Source: Sphingomonadales bacterium CG_4_10_14_3_um_filter_58_15 (GTDB lineage: Bacteria > Pseudomonadota > Alphaproteobacteria > Sphingomonadales > Sphingomonadaceae). From it: a DNA stretch of 60,235 nucleotides. Position 1 is the first letter of the stretch. Every line of letters starts with the position of its first letter. The notes beneath the pieces are model-generated. The model was not told the DNA's origin, did no database searches, and worked only from the letters and a program-made list of their open reading frames with translations. The position numbers and the translations under genes are program-made. The DNA lies in assembly GCA_002783865.1 (NCBI GenBank), contig PFJE01000178.1, positions 1-60,235 on the forward strand, in the 5' to 3' direction. This document shows positions 45,750 to 56,034 of this stretch, one piece after another.

Positions 45750-47630
45750 TCAGGCATCGACATTGTCCTGCTCAAGCTTGTCGCTGGCTTCCATCCAGAG
45801 CGCTTCCGCCTTGTCCAGCTTGTCCTGCGTCTCTGCCCGTAGCTTCATCAGCTCGGTCATCGTCAGACCGGCATGTTTCGGTCCGGCGGTTGTCGGGTCG
45901 AACATGGCTCCGTCTATCGCCGACAATTCGGTGCCGAGACTTTTCATTTGCTTGTCAGCCGCGGTCACCGATTTGCGCAATTCGGTCTGTTGCTTGCGCC
46001 GCTCGGCCGCTGCGCGGCGTTCTTCCTTGCGGTTGCCGCCGCTGGCCTTGCCCGACGATGATCCGGGCTGGTTCTTGCCGAGGACAAAATCGGTGTAATC
46101 CTTGAGCGTGCCGGCAAATTCCTCGGCCTTGCCGCTGTCGACCATGACCAGCCGGTCGGCGGTCAGTTCGAGCATATGGCGGTCATGGCTGACCAGGATG
46201 ACGGCGCCGCTATATTCGTTGAGCGCGTGCACCAGCGCCTCGCGCGCATCGACGTCGAGATGGTTTGTCGGCTCATCGAGGATCAGCAGATGCGGCGCAT
46301 CGCGGGTGATCATCGCCAGGGCCAGACGGGCGCGTTCGCCGCCGGACAGCTTGCCGACCTTGATTGTCGCCTTGTCGCCGGAAAAGCCGAAGCGGCCGAG
46401 CTGGGCGCGCACGGCGCCCGGCTTGGCGTCCTTCATCAGCCGGGTCATATGTTCCAGCGGCGTGTCGGACGTGTCCAGTTCCTCGACCTGATATTGGGTG
46501 AAATAGCCGACGGTCAGCTTGCCGGACTTGTTGATCGAACCCTGTTTCGGCTCGAGCTGGCTGGCGAGCAAGCGGGCCAGAGTGGTCTTGCCGTTGCCGT
46601 TGCGGCCAAGCAGGGCGGTACGGTCATCGGGATCGAGCCGCATGTTGAGGCCAGACAGAATGATATTGTCGCCATAGCCGACCGCTGCATCGTCGAGCGT
46701 GATCAGCGGCGGTTTCAGCTCTGCCGGGCTGGGGAAATGGAAGCTGAGCGAGGGATCGTCAATCGCTTCGGCGATCGGCTGCATCCGGGCGAGCGCCTTG
46801 ACCCGGCTCTGCGCCTGCTTGGCGCTATGCGCCTTGGCGCCCCAGCGGGAGACAAAGGATTCAAGCTTTTCGCGCTGGGCAATCTGCTTTTCGCGCGACG
46901 AAGCGAGCTGCGCCTGCCGCTCGGCCCGTTGTTTCTCGAACGCGTCATAGCCGCCGGGATAGAGCGTGGTGGTGCCGTGCTGGAGATGCAGGATATGATC
47001 GACGACATTGTTGAGCAGATCGCGCTCATGGCTGATCACCAATATTGTCGCCTGATAGCTGGTCAGGAAATTTTCCAGCCACAGGGTCGCTTCGAGGTCG
47101 AGATGGTTTGAGGGCTCGTCGAGCAGCAGCACTTCCGGCTGCGAGAATAAGAGCGCCGCCAGCGCCACCCGCATCCGCCAGCCGCCGGAAAAACTGTCCA
47201 TTGGCTGTTGCTGGGCCGCTTCGTCGAAGCCGAGCCCGATCAGGATTTTTGCCGCTCTTGCCGGTGCGCTGTGCGCATCGATCATGTTCAGCCGTTCGTG
47301 AATTTCGCCAATCCGGTGCGGATCAGCAGCGGTTTCCGCTTCTTCCAGCAGTGATGCTCGCTCGACGTCAGCCGCCAGCACGGTGTCGAGCGGGCTCTCC
47401 TGTCCGGCGGGTGCCTCTTGCGCGATATAGCCGAGCCGGGCGTCCTTGGGCATATCGACGCTGCCGTCGTCGGGCTCGAGCATCCCGGCGATGACCTTCA
47501 TCAGCGTTGACTTGCCCGCACCGTTGCGACCGATCATGCCGACGCGCGCGCCGGGTGGCAGCGCTGCGGTCGCGCCGTCAAGGATCACAGTGCCGCCGAG
47601 GCGCACGCTTATATTACTGAAATTGAGCAT
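45750..47630 (-). CDS. ABC-F family ATPase
   Basis: Two ABC domains (GRNGAGKS / FSGGWRMR / LLDEP and GRNGNGKT / LSGGE / ILDEP), no transmembrane segments. Confidence 0.95.
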   Translation of the reverse strand: MLNFSNISVRLGGTVILDGATAALPPGARVGMIGRNGAGKSTLMKVIAGMLEPDDGSVDMPKDARLGYIAQEAPAGQESPLDTVLAADVERASLLEEAETAADPHRIGEIHERLNMIDAHSAPARAAKILIGLGFDEAAQQQPMDSFSGGWRMRVALAALLFSQPEVLLLDEPSNHLDLEATLWLENFLTSYQATILVISHERDLLNNVVDHILHLQHGTTTLYPGGYDAFEKQRAERQAQLASSREKQIAQREKLESFVSRWGAKAHSAKQAQSRVKALARMQPIAEAIDDPSLSFHFPSPAELKPPLITLDDAAVGYGDNIILSGLNMRLDPDDRTALLGRNGNGKTTLARLLASQLEPKQGSINKSGKLTVGYFTQYQVEELDTSDTPLEHMTRLMKDAKPGAVRAQLGRFGFSGDKATIKVGKLSGGERARLALAMITRDAPHLLILDEPTNHLDVDAREALVHALNEYSGAVILVSHDRHMLELTADRLVMVDSGKAEEFAGTLKDYTDFVLGKNQPGSSSGKASGGNRKEERRAAAERRKQQTELRKSVTAADKQMKSLGTELSAIDGAMFDPTTAGPKHAGLTMTELMKLRAETQDKLDKAEALWMEASDKLEQDNVDA

Positions 47631-47749
47631 GGTGCAGCCGTTAGCGGAGCCCGCGCATTAGTGCAAAAGATAGCGTAAAAAACTTCATGGGCAAATTCAG
47701 GTTGATAGACTAGTGTGGCCGGAAATGTTGATTTATCAGGAGTTTTGCT

Positions 47750-49426
47750 TTGTTTTCAGGTCGCACCTTCGCCTTGCTTTCCGCCACCGCCATGATGATT
47801 GGCACACCCATCCACGCACAAACCGCTGATCAGACGATCGATATTAGCGCCGAAAAAATCACTCAGACGGTCAGAACTATCACGCTGGACCAGTTTGAAG
47901 GGCGTGCACCGGGCACCGCTGGCGAGGACAGAACGATCGGCTATCTAATCGGACGTTTCGAGGCGCTGGGTCTGGAACCGGGCGGCGTTGACGGCAGCTG
48001 GACGCAGCCGGTGCCCTTGTTGCACACCGCTTTGGGCAAGCCGGAAACGCTTTCGATATCCGCCAAAGGCGCAAAGACTGCGTTAAAGGCGGGCACCGAT
48101 ATTTATGTCTCGACCTTGCAGCCGAAGGACCGAGCGGTTGTCGATAGTGCGGAAATGGTTTTTGTCGGCTATGGCGTGACCGCTCCAGAGCGCGGCTGGG
48201 ACGATTTCAAGGATGTGGACCTGAAGGGAAAGGTTGCGGTTTTTCTGGTCAATGATCCTGATTTTGCCGCGGCTGCCGATGAGGCCGTAGCGGGAAAGTT
48301 CGGCGGCCGGGCGATGACCTATTATGGTCGCTGGACCTACAAGTTCGAAGAAGCCTCGCGCCGCGGCGCGTTGGCGGCGCTGATCATTCATGAAACCGAA
48401 GCCGCAGGCTATGGCTGGAGTGTTGTCGAAAGTCCGCAGGGCGAAAATTACGGTATCGCCAAACCAGATGGCGAAATGACCAGCCTGGCGTTGCAGGGTT
48501 GGATCAGCGGCGATACCGCCAAGAAATTATTTGATGATGCGGGGCTGGACCTCACCAAATTGCGCGTCGCAGCGAGGACCAAGGGCTTCAAGCCGGTGCC
48601 AATTGTAGCAATTTTCTCTGCGGCCTATCCGGTGACGCAGGAAGTGGTGCAGAGCCAGAATGTCTTTGGCAAGATCACCGGCAAATCGCGGCCGGACGAA
48701 ACGATCATCTATGGCGCCCACTGGGATGCCTATGGCGAGGGACCGCCTGACGAGGATGGCAATATCTATCGCGCCGGTGCCAATGACGATGCGCTTGGTA
48801 TCGCCGGGATCATGGAGATTGCGCGCAAGTTCAAATCGATGCCGCAGCCGGACCGGACGATCGTCATCGCTGCATGGAGCGCGGAAGAGCGCGGACTGCT
48901 CGGTTCCGAAGTCTATGCCCAGAATCCGATCTATCCGGTGGAAAAAACCGTCGCCAATCTTGCGATTGATGTTTTGCAAACCGCCGGCAAGGCGAAGGAT
49001 GTGATCTTGGTCGGCAAGGGGCAGGGGACTCTCGAGGACGATCTGGCCAAATTTGCCAAATTGCAAGGGCGCGTGGTCACCGAAGAGAATCTGCCCGAAC
49101 GCGGCCTGTTTTTTCGCGCGGATCATTTTTCTCTCGCCAAACGCGGCGTACCGGTGCTGCTGATGATGAGCCTGGCCGGGGCGTCCGATCTGGTTGAGGG
49201 CGGCAGGGCCGCAGGCCAGAAGTGGATCGATGACTATACCGGCAATTGCTATCATGCCGCTTGCGATGCCTGGACGCCGGATTGGGACCTGACCGGCGCG
49301 GTGCAGGATATCAATGTGATGTTCGATATCGGCAACAGCTTTGCCTATTCGGATCGCTGGCCGGAATGGAAAGATGGTTCAGAATTCAAGAAAATCCGTG
49401 ATGCCAGCGCCGAAGTTCGGCAGTAG
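47750..49426 (+). CDS. Exported M28-family metallopeptidase with PA domain
   Basis: GAHWD, GANDDA.G, AEERGLLGS, RADHF and YH motifs. Confidence 0.92.
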   Translation: MFSGRTFALLSATAMMIGTPIHAQTADQTIDISAEKITQTVRTITLDQFEGRAPGTAGEDRTIGYLIGRFEALGLEPGGVDGSWTQPVPLLHTALGKPETLSISAKGAKTALKAGTDIYVSTLQPKDRAVVDSAEMVFVGYGVTAPERGWDDFKDVDLKGKVAVFLVNDPDFAAAADEAVAGKFGGRAMTYYGRWTYKFEEASRRGALAALIIHETEAAGYGWSVVESPQGENYGIAKPDGEMTSLALQGWISGDTAKKLFDDAGLDLTKLRVAARTKGFKPVPIVAIFSAAYPVTQEVVQSQNVFGKITGKSRPDETIIYGAHWDAYGEGPPDEDGNIYRAGANDDALGIAGIMEIARKFKSMPQPDRTIVIAAWSAEERGLLGSEVYAQNPIYPVEKTVANLAIDVLQTAGKAKDVILVGKGQGTLEDDLAKFAKLQGRVVTEENLPERGLFFRADHFSLAKRGVPVLLMMSLAGASDLVEGGRAAGQKWIDDYTGNCYHAACDAWTPDWDLTGAVQDINVMFDIGNSFAYSDRWPEWKDGSEFKKIRDASAEVRQ

Positions 49427-49555
49427 CAGGCCGTTTAACCCGGTTGCCATGGGCGTTTATGGGATATTACCTATAGGCGCGCGCTGCCACCAACCTAACG
49501 AACTTCAGATGATCAAAGCAGAAACCGATATGCGCAGCTGGATATCCGATTGGCG

Positions 49556-50848
49556 ATGCTGACGGATTTCTCGGGCGAATGGCTGATCTACCGCGACCTT
49601 GCGATCGCCTTGGCCGCTGGCTTGCTGATCGGGGTGGAGCGCGGGTGGACGATGCGCGACGTGCACAAGGGCGCTCGGGTTGCCGGGATTCGCACCTTTG
49701 GCCTGATCGCCGGACTAGGCGGCCTGGTTGCGCTGATTGCACAAAATCTCAGTCTGATCATAGCCGCCATCCTGCTCGCTGGCGTCGTCATCATGCTGGC
49801 GATCAGCCATGCCAAGACGATCCACGAGCCGGACGGGCGGAGTATCACCAATTTTGTGGTCTCGCTGTTGACTCTGTGTCTCGGGCTTGTGGCGGGGATC
49901 GGCTACCCGGCGATGGCGATGGCCGGCGCCGCGATTGTCACCGGGCTGCTGTCGATGCGTGCCGAGCTCCACGGGTTTATGCGCAAACTGGGGCCGACCG
50001 ATATCAATGCCACGATCCGCTTTACCCTGATCGCGCTTGCGGTTCTGCCGTTTCTGCCCAACCGCGATTTTGGTCCCTATCAGGCGTTCAACCTGCAACA
50101 ATTATGGTTTGTCGTCATCTTGGTGACTGGCCTGTCCTTTGCCGGATATATCGCCAACCGGATATTTGGCGAGGACCACGGGACGGTGGTGACGGCGGTT
50201 ATCGGAGGCGCCTATAGCTCGACCGCGGTCACCGCAGCGCTCGCCCAGAGATTGCGCAGCGAAGACAGCAATATCCGCACCTTGTCGGCAGGGATCGCGC
50301 TGGCTTCGGCGGTGATGTATGTCCGGGTGCTGTTGCTGACCCTGATCCTCGCAGACTTCGCTTTTCTTCCGCTCGCGATGATTTTGACGCCAGCCGCGCT
50401 GATCGCGGCGATCATCGGTTTGATGCTGCTGCGCAGGAGCGGTGCTGCCACCACAGATGAGAGCGTGAAAACGCGCAACCCCATCCGCTTGCTGCCGGCT
50501 TTCTTTTTTGCCTTGACGGTCGCGGCCATGTCATTGGCCGCACGCTGGGCGGAGGCCAAATTTGGCAGCAGCGGCATCGCCTATCTGATCCTGATCATGG
50601 GGTCGCTGGACGTCGACGCCGCGATTATCACGCTTGGCGGTTTGCCGACGGATACCATCACATCCAATCTGGCGGGTTTTGTGCTGGCGATGACCGCGCT
50701 CGCCAATATGGCGTTCAAGACCGGCGTGGCGGGTTTTACCGCTGGTTGGAAAAACGGACGATTGGCCGCCGCCGCGCTGGGCGCAAGCACCCTTGTTCTG
50801 GCGATTGCCGGGCTGATCAGTTTTATCGCGCTCGATATCCATTTCTAG
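49556..50848 (+). CDS. MgtC/SapB + DUF4010 membrane protein
   Basis: GLLIGVER, AGIRTF, SFAGY, GG.YSSTAVT and DVDA motifs. Confidence 0.88.
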   Translation: MLTDFSGEWLIYRDLAIALAAGLLIGVERGWTMRDVHKGARVAGIRTFGLIAGLGGLVALIAQNLSLIIAAILLAGVVIMLAISHAKTIHEPDGRSITNFVVSLLTLCLGLVAGIGYPAMAMAGAAIVTGLLSMRAELHGFMRKLGPTDINATIRFTLIALAVLPFLPNRDFGPYQAFNLQQLWFVVILVTGLSFAGYIANRIFGEDHGTVVTAVIGGAYSSTAVTAALAQRLRSEDSNIRTLSAGIALASAVMYVRVLLLTLILADFAFLPLAMILTPAALIAAIIGLMLLRRSGAATTDESVKTRNPIRLLPAFFFALTVAAMSLAARWAEAKFGSSGIAYLILIMGSLDVDAAIITLGGLPTDTITSNLAGFVLAMTALANMAFKTGVAGFTAGWKNGRLAAAALGASTLVLAIAGLISFIALDIHF

Positions 50849-50863
50849 CGGACAGGGTCGTCG

Positions 50864-51544
50864 CTAGCGTTTTGTGGCGAGCCAGATCGTGTGTTTGGCG
50901 CCTTTGCCATTGCTGCGCGCGGCGACGGTTTTGACATCGACTGCAAAGCCGGATTTATGTAGACGCGCGGTGAATCGGCTATCGCCTTCGCTCGACCAGA
51001 CCGCCAATATGCCGTTTGCGCGCAGCGCCGTCTTGGCCGCTGCCAGTCCCGCCATGCTGTACAGCCGGTCATTGGCTTCGTGGGTCAGGCCGTCGGGGCC
51101 ATTGTCGACATCGAGCAAAATCGCATCATATTCGCGATCGGCCTTTTTGATGATATCGCACACATCGCCAATAGTGATCGTCACGCGGCTGTCGTCGAGG
51201 CATTTCTGCGACAGCGCCGCCATCGGCTCGCGCGCCCATGTGACGATGGCGGGAATCAGTTCGGCAACTTCAACATTCGCTTGCGGCGGCAAAACCGACA
51301 GCGCTGCCCGCAGGGTAAACCCCATGCCGTAGCCGCCGATCAAGATCCGGGGGTTTTTGACCGCCAAATGCTCGCAGGTGAGGGTGGCCAGCGCTTCTTC
51401 CGATCCGCTGAGCCGGCTGTTCATCAGTTCGATGCGGCCGAGCATGATCGAATATTCGTCCGCGCCTTTGAGTGCGCGCCGGAACAGACGCAATTCATCG
51501 CCGCCGGGGATGGTGGCAGTATCGAGCAGTTCGCGGGCGATCAT
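50864..51544 (-). CDS. Spermidine synthase-like SAM-dependent methyltransferase
   Basis: ELMNSR..GSEE, IGGYGMGFTL and ILLDVDNGP motifs. Confidence 0.85.
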   Translation of the reverse strand: MIARELLDTATIPGGDELRLFRRALKGADEYSIMLGRIELMNSRLSGSEEALATLTCEHLAVKNPRILIGGYGMGFTLRAALSVLPPQANVEVAELIPAIVTWAREPMAALSQKCLDDSRVTITIGDVCDIIKKADREYDAILLDVDNGPDGLTHEANDRLYSMAGLAAAKTALRANGILAVWSSEGDSRFTARLHKSGFAVDVKTVAARSNGKGAKHTIWLATKR

Positions 51545-52254
51545 CTAACGAAGCTGGCGCCATTGGCATCGAGCACCGCGCCGGTCATGCTCGGCGGGGC
51601 GTCGAGCGCGCAATAGCGGGCGATCGAAGCGATTTCTTCCGGCTGGGCGACTCGGCCGAGCGGGATGTCGGCAAGCAATTTATCGCCGCCGCGGCTGGCC
51701 AGATAGTCTTCCGCCATGCCGGTCATGGTGAAGCCGGGGCAGATGGCAAAGGCCAGGATCTCGTCCTTGCCATAGGCTCTGGCGATGGTTTTGGTCATTG
51801 CCACCATACCGGCCTTTGACGCGGCATAATGCCAGTGGTCCGGGCTGTCACCGCGATAGGCGGCGCGGCTGGCGATATTGATGATCCGGCCGGTTTGACC
51901 GCGCTGCTGGAAATGCAAGACCGCAAGCCGGCACAATTCGGCGGAAACGGTCAGGTTGATCGTCATCGTCCGGTTCCAGCTTTCCAGCCAGTCGCCGGCG
52001 GCGAGTGGATTGGGCTCGAACAGGCCGGCGTTGTTGATCAACACGTCGATCCGGCCGTCCAGCCGATCAAGCGCCTGTTCCCACAACAAAGTCGCGGCAC
52101 CCTGCCGGGTGAAATCGGCGGCGATGAGGCCGTCGTCGCCCGCCGTGCTTTGCCCGACAAGCTTGAGATTGTCCTGATCCAGTGATTCGAGAATAGCCTT
52201 GCCAATGCCGCGGCTGGCTCCGGTTACCAATATATGGGTTTTTATCTTGCTCAT
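51541..52254 (-). CDS. SDR oxidoreductase
   Basis: TGASRGIG, NNAG and YAASK motifs. Confidence 0.92.
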   Translation of the reverse strand: MSKIKTHILVTGASRGIGKAILESLDQDNLKLVGQSTAGDDGLIAADFTRQGAATLLWEQALDRLDGRIDVLINNAGLFEPNPLAAGDWLESWNRTMTINLTVSAELCRLAVLHFQQRGQTGRIINIASRAAYRGDSPDHWHYAASKAGMVAMTKTIARAYGKDEILAFAICPGFTMTGMAEDYLASRGGDKLLADIPLGRVAQPEEIASIARYCALDAPPSMTGAVLDANGASFVR

Positions 52255-52456
52255 GCCGGAATGACTAGAACGACAAAGCCTGCGCGTCCATGGGGTGTTG
52301 CCGATTTTGTGAATTGCATCACCCCCGTACAGATTTGCACGAATAAAATCACGATTTCCGCTGCATCCGGTTTGCATGATACGCACTTTTCGCTAAGGCA
52401 ATGGTTCGTTTTCAAAGACTCCGGCAAGTCCCGGATCGATTGCTCAGGGGAAGACC

Positions 52457-52870
52457 ATGGCCGGCGCATCAGGTTCCGCATCGAACAGACCGCTTTCACC
52501 GCATTTGCAGGTGTATAAATGGGGCCCGCATATGCTGGTATCCATCCTTCACCGGGCGACCGGTGATGGCATGGCACTGGTCGGCGTGCCGCTGCTGGTC
52601 TGGTGGCTCTATGCCATTTCGGCGGGGCCGGAGAGCTATGCCTATTTCCAGAGCTGGTTCGACTGGTTCTATCTCGGCTATATCGTCCTGGTCGGCATGA
52701 GCTTTTCGTTTTTTGAGCATATGTATTCGGGACTGCGCCACTTTGTGCTGGACGCGGGTGCCGGCTATGAGCTGCAGACCAATAGAATGTGGTCGATCGC
52801 GGTGCCTCTGGCGGCCATCATCACCACCGGCGCGATGTGGCTCTACATCGCTTCCAAGAATATTTTATAA
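52457..52870 (+). CDS. sdhC: Succinate dehydrogenase cytochrome b556 subunit
   Basis: RPLSPHLQVY, SILHRATG and SGLRHF motifs. Confidence 0.96.
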   Translation: MAGASGSASNRPLSPHLQVYKWGPHMLVSILHRATGDGMALVGVPLLVWWLYAISAGPESYAYFQSWFDWFYLGYIVLVGMSFSFFEHMYSGLRHFVLDAGAGYELQTNRMWSIAVPLAAIITTGAMWLYIASKNIL

Positions 52871-52884
52871 GTAGGAATCGCAAC

Positions 52885-53274
52885 ATGGGTTCAGGAACCA
52901 ATATTGGCCGGGTACGCGGCCTTGGATCGGCGCAAGAAGGCGCGCATCACTGGATAGTGCAGCGGGTCACGGCGGTCAGCAATCTGTTGCTGGTCTTGTG
53001 GCTGGTGTTCTCGCTGATCCGGCTGCCCAATTTCGAGCATGAACTGATGGTCGAATGGCTGTCTTCGCCGCTGGTTGCGGTGCCGATGATGCTGATGCTG
53101 GTCAGCATCTTCTGGCATTTGCGGATCGGCCTGCAGGTTCTGATCGAGGATTATGTGCCGGATCATGGCATGAAATTCGGCCTGATCGTCCTGCTCAACT
53201 TTTTCGCCATCGGCGGCGCGGCTCTGGGTATCTTCTCGGTCGCGAAAATTGCGTTTACCGGAGTGGTAGCATGA
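52885..53274 (+). CDS. sdhD: Succinate dehydrogenase membrane anchor subunit
   Basis: RGLGSA..G.HHW..QR and H...G.QV.IEDYV motifs. Confidence 0.95.
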   Translation: MGSGTNIGRVRGLGSAQEGAHHWIVQRVTAVSNLLLVLWLVFSLIRLPNFEHELMVEWLSSPLVAVPMMLMLVSIFWHLRIGLQVLIEDYVPDHGMKFGLIVLLNFFAIGGAALGIFSVAKIAFTGVVA

Positions 53275-55091
53275 CGACTGAAACATCCACCCAGCCTGCT
53301 TACAAGATCATTGATCACACCTATGACACCGTGGTTGTCGGGGCTGGTGGTTCCGGCCTGCGTGCCACCATGGGCGCCGCCGAATCCGGCCTGAAAACCG
53401 CCTGTATCACCAAGGTTTTTCCGACCCGCTCGCATACCGTTGCGGCGCAGGGCGGCATCGCCGCGTCGCTGGGCAACAACACGCCCGATCACTGGTCGTG
53501 GCATATGTATGACACGGTCAAGGGGTCGGACTGGCTCGGCGATCAGGATGCGATCGAATATCTGGTCCGCGAAGCGCCAGAGGCTGTGTACGAACTGGAG
53601 CATGCCGGTGTGCCATTCTCGCGCAACGAAGACGGCACCATCTATCAGCGCCCGTTCGGCGGCCATATGCAGAATCTGGGCGAGGGGCCGCCGGTCCAGC
53701 GTACCTGTGCTGCTGCCGACCGCACCGGCCACGCGATGCTCCATGCTCTCTATCAGCAGAGCCTGAAATATGACGCGGATTTCTTCATCGAATATTTCGC
53801 CATCGACCTGATCATGGAAGACGGCGAGTGCCGCGGCGTGATCGCGCTATGTCTCGAAGATGGATCGATTCACCGGTTCCGCAGCCATGCTGTGGTGCTG
53901 GCGACCGGCGGTGCCGGACGCTGCTATTTCAGCGCGACCTCTGCCCACACCTGCACCGGTGACGGCGGCGGCATGGTGCTGCGAGCTGGTCTGCCATTGC
54001 AGGACATGGAATTTGTCCAGTTTCACCCGACCGGTATTTACGGCGCGGGCGTGCTGATCACCGAAGGCGCACGCGGCGAAGGCGGTTATCTGACCAACAG
54101 CGAAGGCGAGCGGTTCATGGAACGCTATGCGCCGAGCGCCAAGGATCTGGCCAGCCGCGACGTTGTCTCGCGCTGCATGGCGACCGAAATCCGCGAAGGC
54201 CGCGGCGTCGGGCCGGAGAAGGACCATATCTATCTCCATCTCGATCATATCGCGCCGGAAGTGCTGGCCGAGCGTCTGCCGGGCATCACCGAAACCGGCA
54301 AGATTTTTGCTGGCGTCGACCTGACCCGCGAAGCGCTGCCGGTGGTGCCGACGGTCCATTATAATATGGGCGGCATTCCGTGCAATTATCATGGAGAAGT
54401 GATCAATCCGACCAAGGATGATCCCGACGCGATTGTGCCGGGGCTCTATTCTGTGGGTGAAGCTGCCTGTGTGTCTGTGCATGGGGCGAACCGTCTCGGT
54501 TCCAACTCGCTGATCGATCTGGTGGTCTTTGGCCGCGCAACCGGTCTGCGGCTCAAGGAAAAGCTGGTACCGAACGCTTCGCACAAGCCGTTGCCTGCCG
54601 ATTCCGCCGATCTGGCGCTCAAACGTCTGGACCATTTCCGCAATGCCAAGGGTTCTATCCCGACCGCGCAGCTGCGTCTGGAAATGCAGAAAACCATGCA
54701 GATGCATGCCGCCGTGTTCCGCGACAATAAATTGCTCAGCGAGGGCGTTGCAGCGATGGAGAAGGTCAATGCCAAGCTCGCCGATATTGGCGTCACCGAC
54801 CGCTCGCTGATCTGGAACACCGATCTGATCGAGACGCTCGAGCTCGACAATCTGATGAGCCAGGCAATGGTCACGATCAAAAGCGCAGCCAACCGCAAGG
54901 AAAGCCGCGGCGCCCATATGCAGGAAGACTATCCCGATCGCGACGACAAGGAGTGGATGAAGCATACGGTCATCACTTTTGACGGCTGGGGCGGCCAGGG
55001 CGGCAAAAGTGAAATCGGCTATCGCCCGGTCCATGATTATACGCTGACCGACGAAGCGACCTATATCGAGCCGAAGAAGCGGGTTTATTGA
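53271..55091 (+). CDS. sdhA: Succinate dehydrogenase flavoprotein subunit
   Basis: [28 protein letters not shown] and ESRGAH motifs. Confidence 0.98.
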   Translation: MTTETSTQPAYKIIDHTYDTVVVGAGGSGLRATMGAAESGLKTACITKVFPTRSHTVAAQGGIAASLGNNTPDHWSWHMYDTVKGSDWLGDQDAIEYLVREAPEAVYELEHAGVPFSRNEDGTIYQRPFGGHMQNLGEGPPVQRTCAAADRTGHAMLHALYQQSLKYDADFFIEYFAIDLIMEDGECRGVIALCLEDGSIHRFRSHAVVLATGGAGRCYFSATSAHTCTGDGGGMVLRAGLPLQDMEFVQFHPTGIYGAGVLITEGARGEGGYLTNSEGERFMERYAPSAKDLASRDVVSRCMATEIREGRGVGPEKDHIYLHLDHIAPEVLAERLPGITETGKIFAGVDLTREALPVVPTVHYNMGGIPCNYHGEVINPTKDDPDAIVPGLYSVGEAACVSVHGANRLGSNSLIDLVVFGRATGLRLKEKLVPNASHKPLPADSADLALKRLDHFRNAKGSIPTAQLRLEMQKTMQMHAAVFRDNKLLSEGVAAMEKVNAKLADIGVTDRSLIWNTDLIETLELDNLMSQAMVTIKSAANRKESRGAHMQEDYPDRDDKEWMKHTVITFDGWGGQGGKSEIGYRPVHDYTLTDEATYIEPKKRVY

Positions 55092-55127
55092 TTTCGGTCG
55101 GAGTCTGAAAAACAACCCGTGGTGATT

Positions 55128-55606
55128 GTCGCCCCGGCGCAGGCTGGGGCCTAGACCGAGCTTGAATGAGGGAAGACTGCTTCCTCAACGCGCCATTGGT
55201 ATGGATGCCAGCCTACGGTGGCATGACGAGGATGGCCATTATACTTTAATATCGTCGCCCCAGCGCAGGCTGGGGCCTAAACCAGTTTTCAATGAGGGAA
55301 GACTGTTTCCTCAACGCGCCATTGGTATGGATGCCAGCCTGCGCTGGCATGACGAATATGCCCACACACTGCTAACATTGTCGCCCCAGCGCAGGCTGGG
55401 GCCTAAACCGGTCTTGAATGGAGTACGAGCGTTTCCTCATTTGATCATTGGTATGGATGCCAGCCTTCGCTGGCATGACGAGGATGCCCAAGATACTTTG
55501 ATATTGTCGCCCCAGCGCAGGCTGGGGCCTAAACCAGTTTTCAATGAGGGAAGACTGCTTCCTCAACGCGCCATTGGTATGGATGCCAGCCTTCGCGGGC
55601 ATGACG
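55128..55606. repeat. Tandem array of four 126-bp BIME-like units, family B
   Basis: Units start at 55128, 55254, 55380 and 55506. Each is GTCGCCCCAGCGCAGGCTGGGGCCT + about 50-nt linker + TGGATGCCAGCCTnCGCTGGCATGACG + 25-nt linker. Confidence 0.95.
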
Positions 55607-55607
55607 G

Positions 55608-55898
55608 TTAGGCGTTGAGTACATCCCAAAGGTCATCCCAACGGGGATTGGCCTTGATAATCAGATCCGTTTTCCACCGGCGTTTCCAGGCTTTCATCGC
55701 CTTTTCGCGCGTTATCGCTTCGTAAGGCGTTGCATAGTCTTCGATGTAGATCAGGCGGTCGAGGCCATTCTTGCGACAAAAGTCAGAACCTGTGCCGTGC
55801 TTGTGCTGAAATATTCGCGCCGGAAGATTGGCAGTCATCCCGATGTAGAGCGTGCCAAAGGGCCTGTTGGTCATTATGTAGACGTAGGCGCGTTTCAC
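55608..55898 (-). CDS. Stand-alone GIY-YIG nuclease (96 aa)
   Basis: YVYIMTN...TLYIGMT..L..R..QH, AITREK..K.W.R.WK..LI...NP.W.DL. GTG start at 55898; the longer called ORF runs into the upstream REP. Confidence 0.92.
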   Translation of the reverse strand: MKRAYVYIMTNRPFGTLYIGMTANLPARIFQHKHGTGSDFCRKNGLDRLIYIEDYATPYEAITREKAMKAWKRRWKTDLIIKANPRWDDLWDVLNA

Positions 55899-55925
55899 GG
55901 GATGGTTTGTAAATCTCGATCGGTT

Positions 55926-55951
55926 TGGATGCCAGCCTTCGCTGGCATGAC
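55926..55951 (-). repeat. Single family B REP upstream of the GIY-YIG gene
   Basis: Minus strand GTCATGCCAGCGAAGGCTGGCATCCA, identical to the corresponding arm of array unit 3. Confidence 0.9.
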
Positions 55952-56034
55952 AGGCTGAACTGACTGAAACTGTCAAATATCCCGATTAGGCCGTCTGACC
56001 TTGCCAAGACTTCCAATCCCGATACAAGCACCCG

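Noticed and set aside
55128-55606. CRISPR array
   Set aside because: The linkers are homologous to each other rather than unique, each unit is two inverted palindromes, and no cas genes are in the window.
55126-55611. 161-aa repeat-protein ORF spanning the array
   Set aside because: It is built entirely from REP units whose 126-bp period preserves frame, has a TTG start and no recognisable domain. Most likely incidental, though translation is not excluded.
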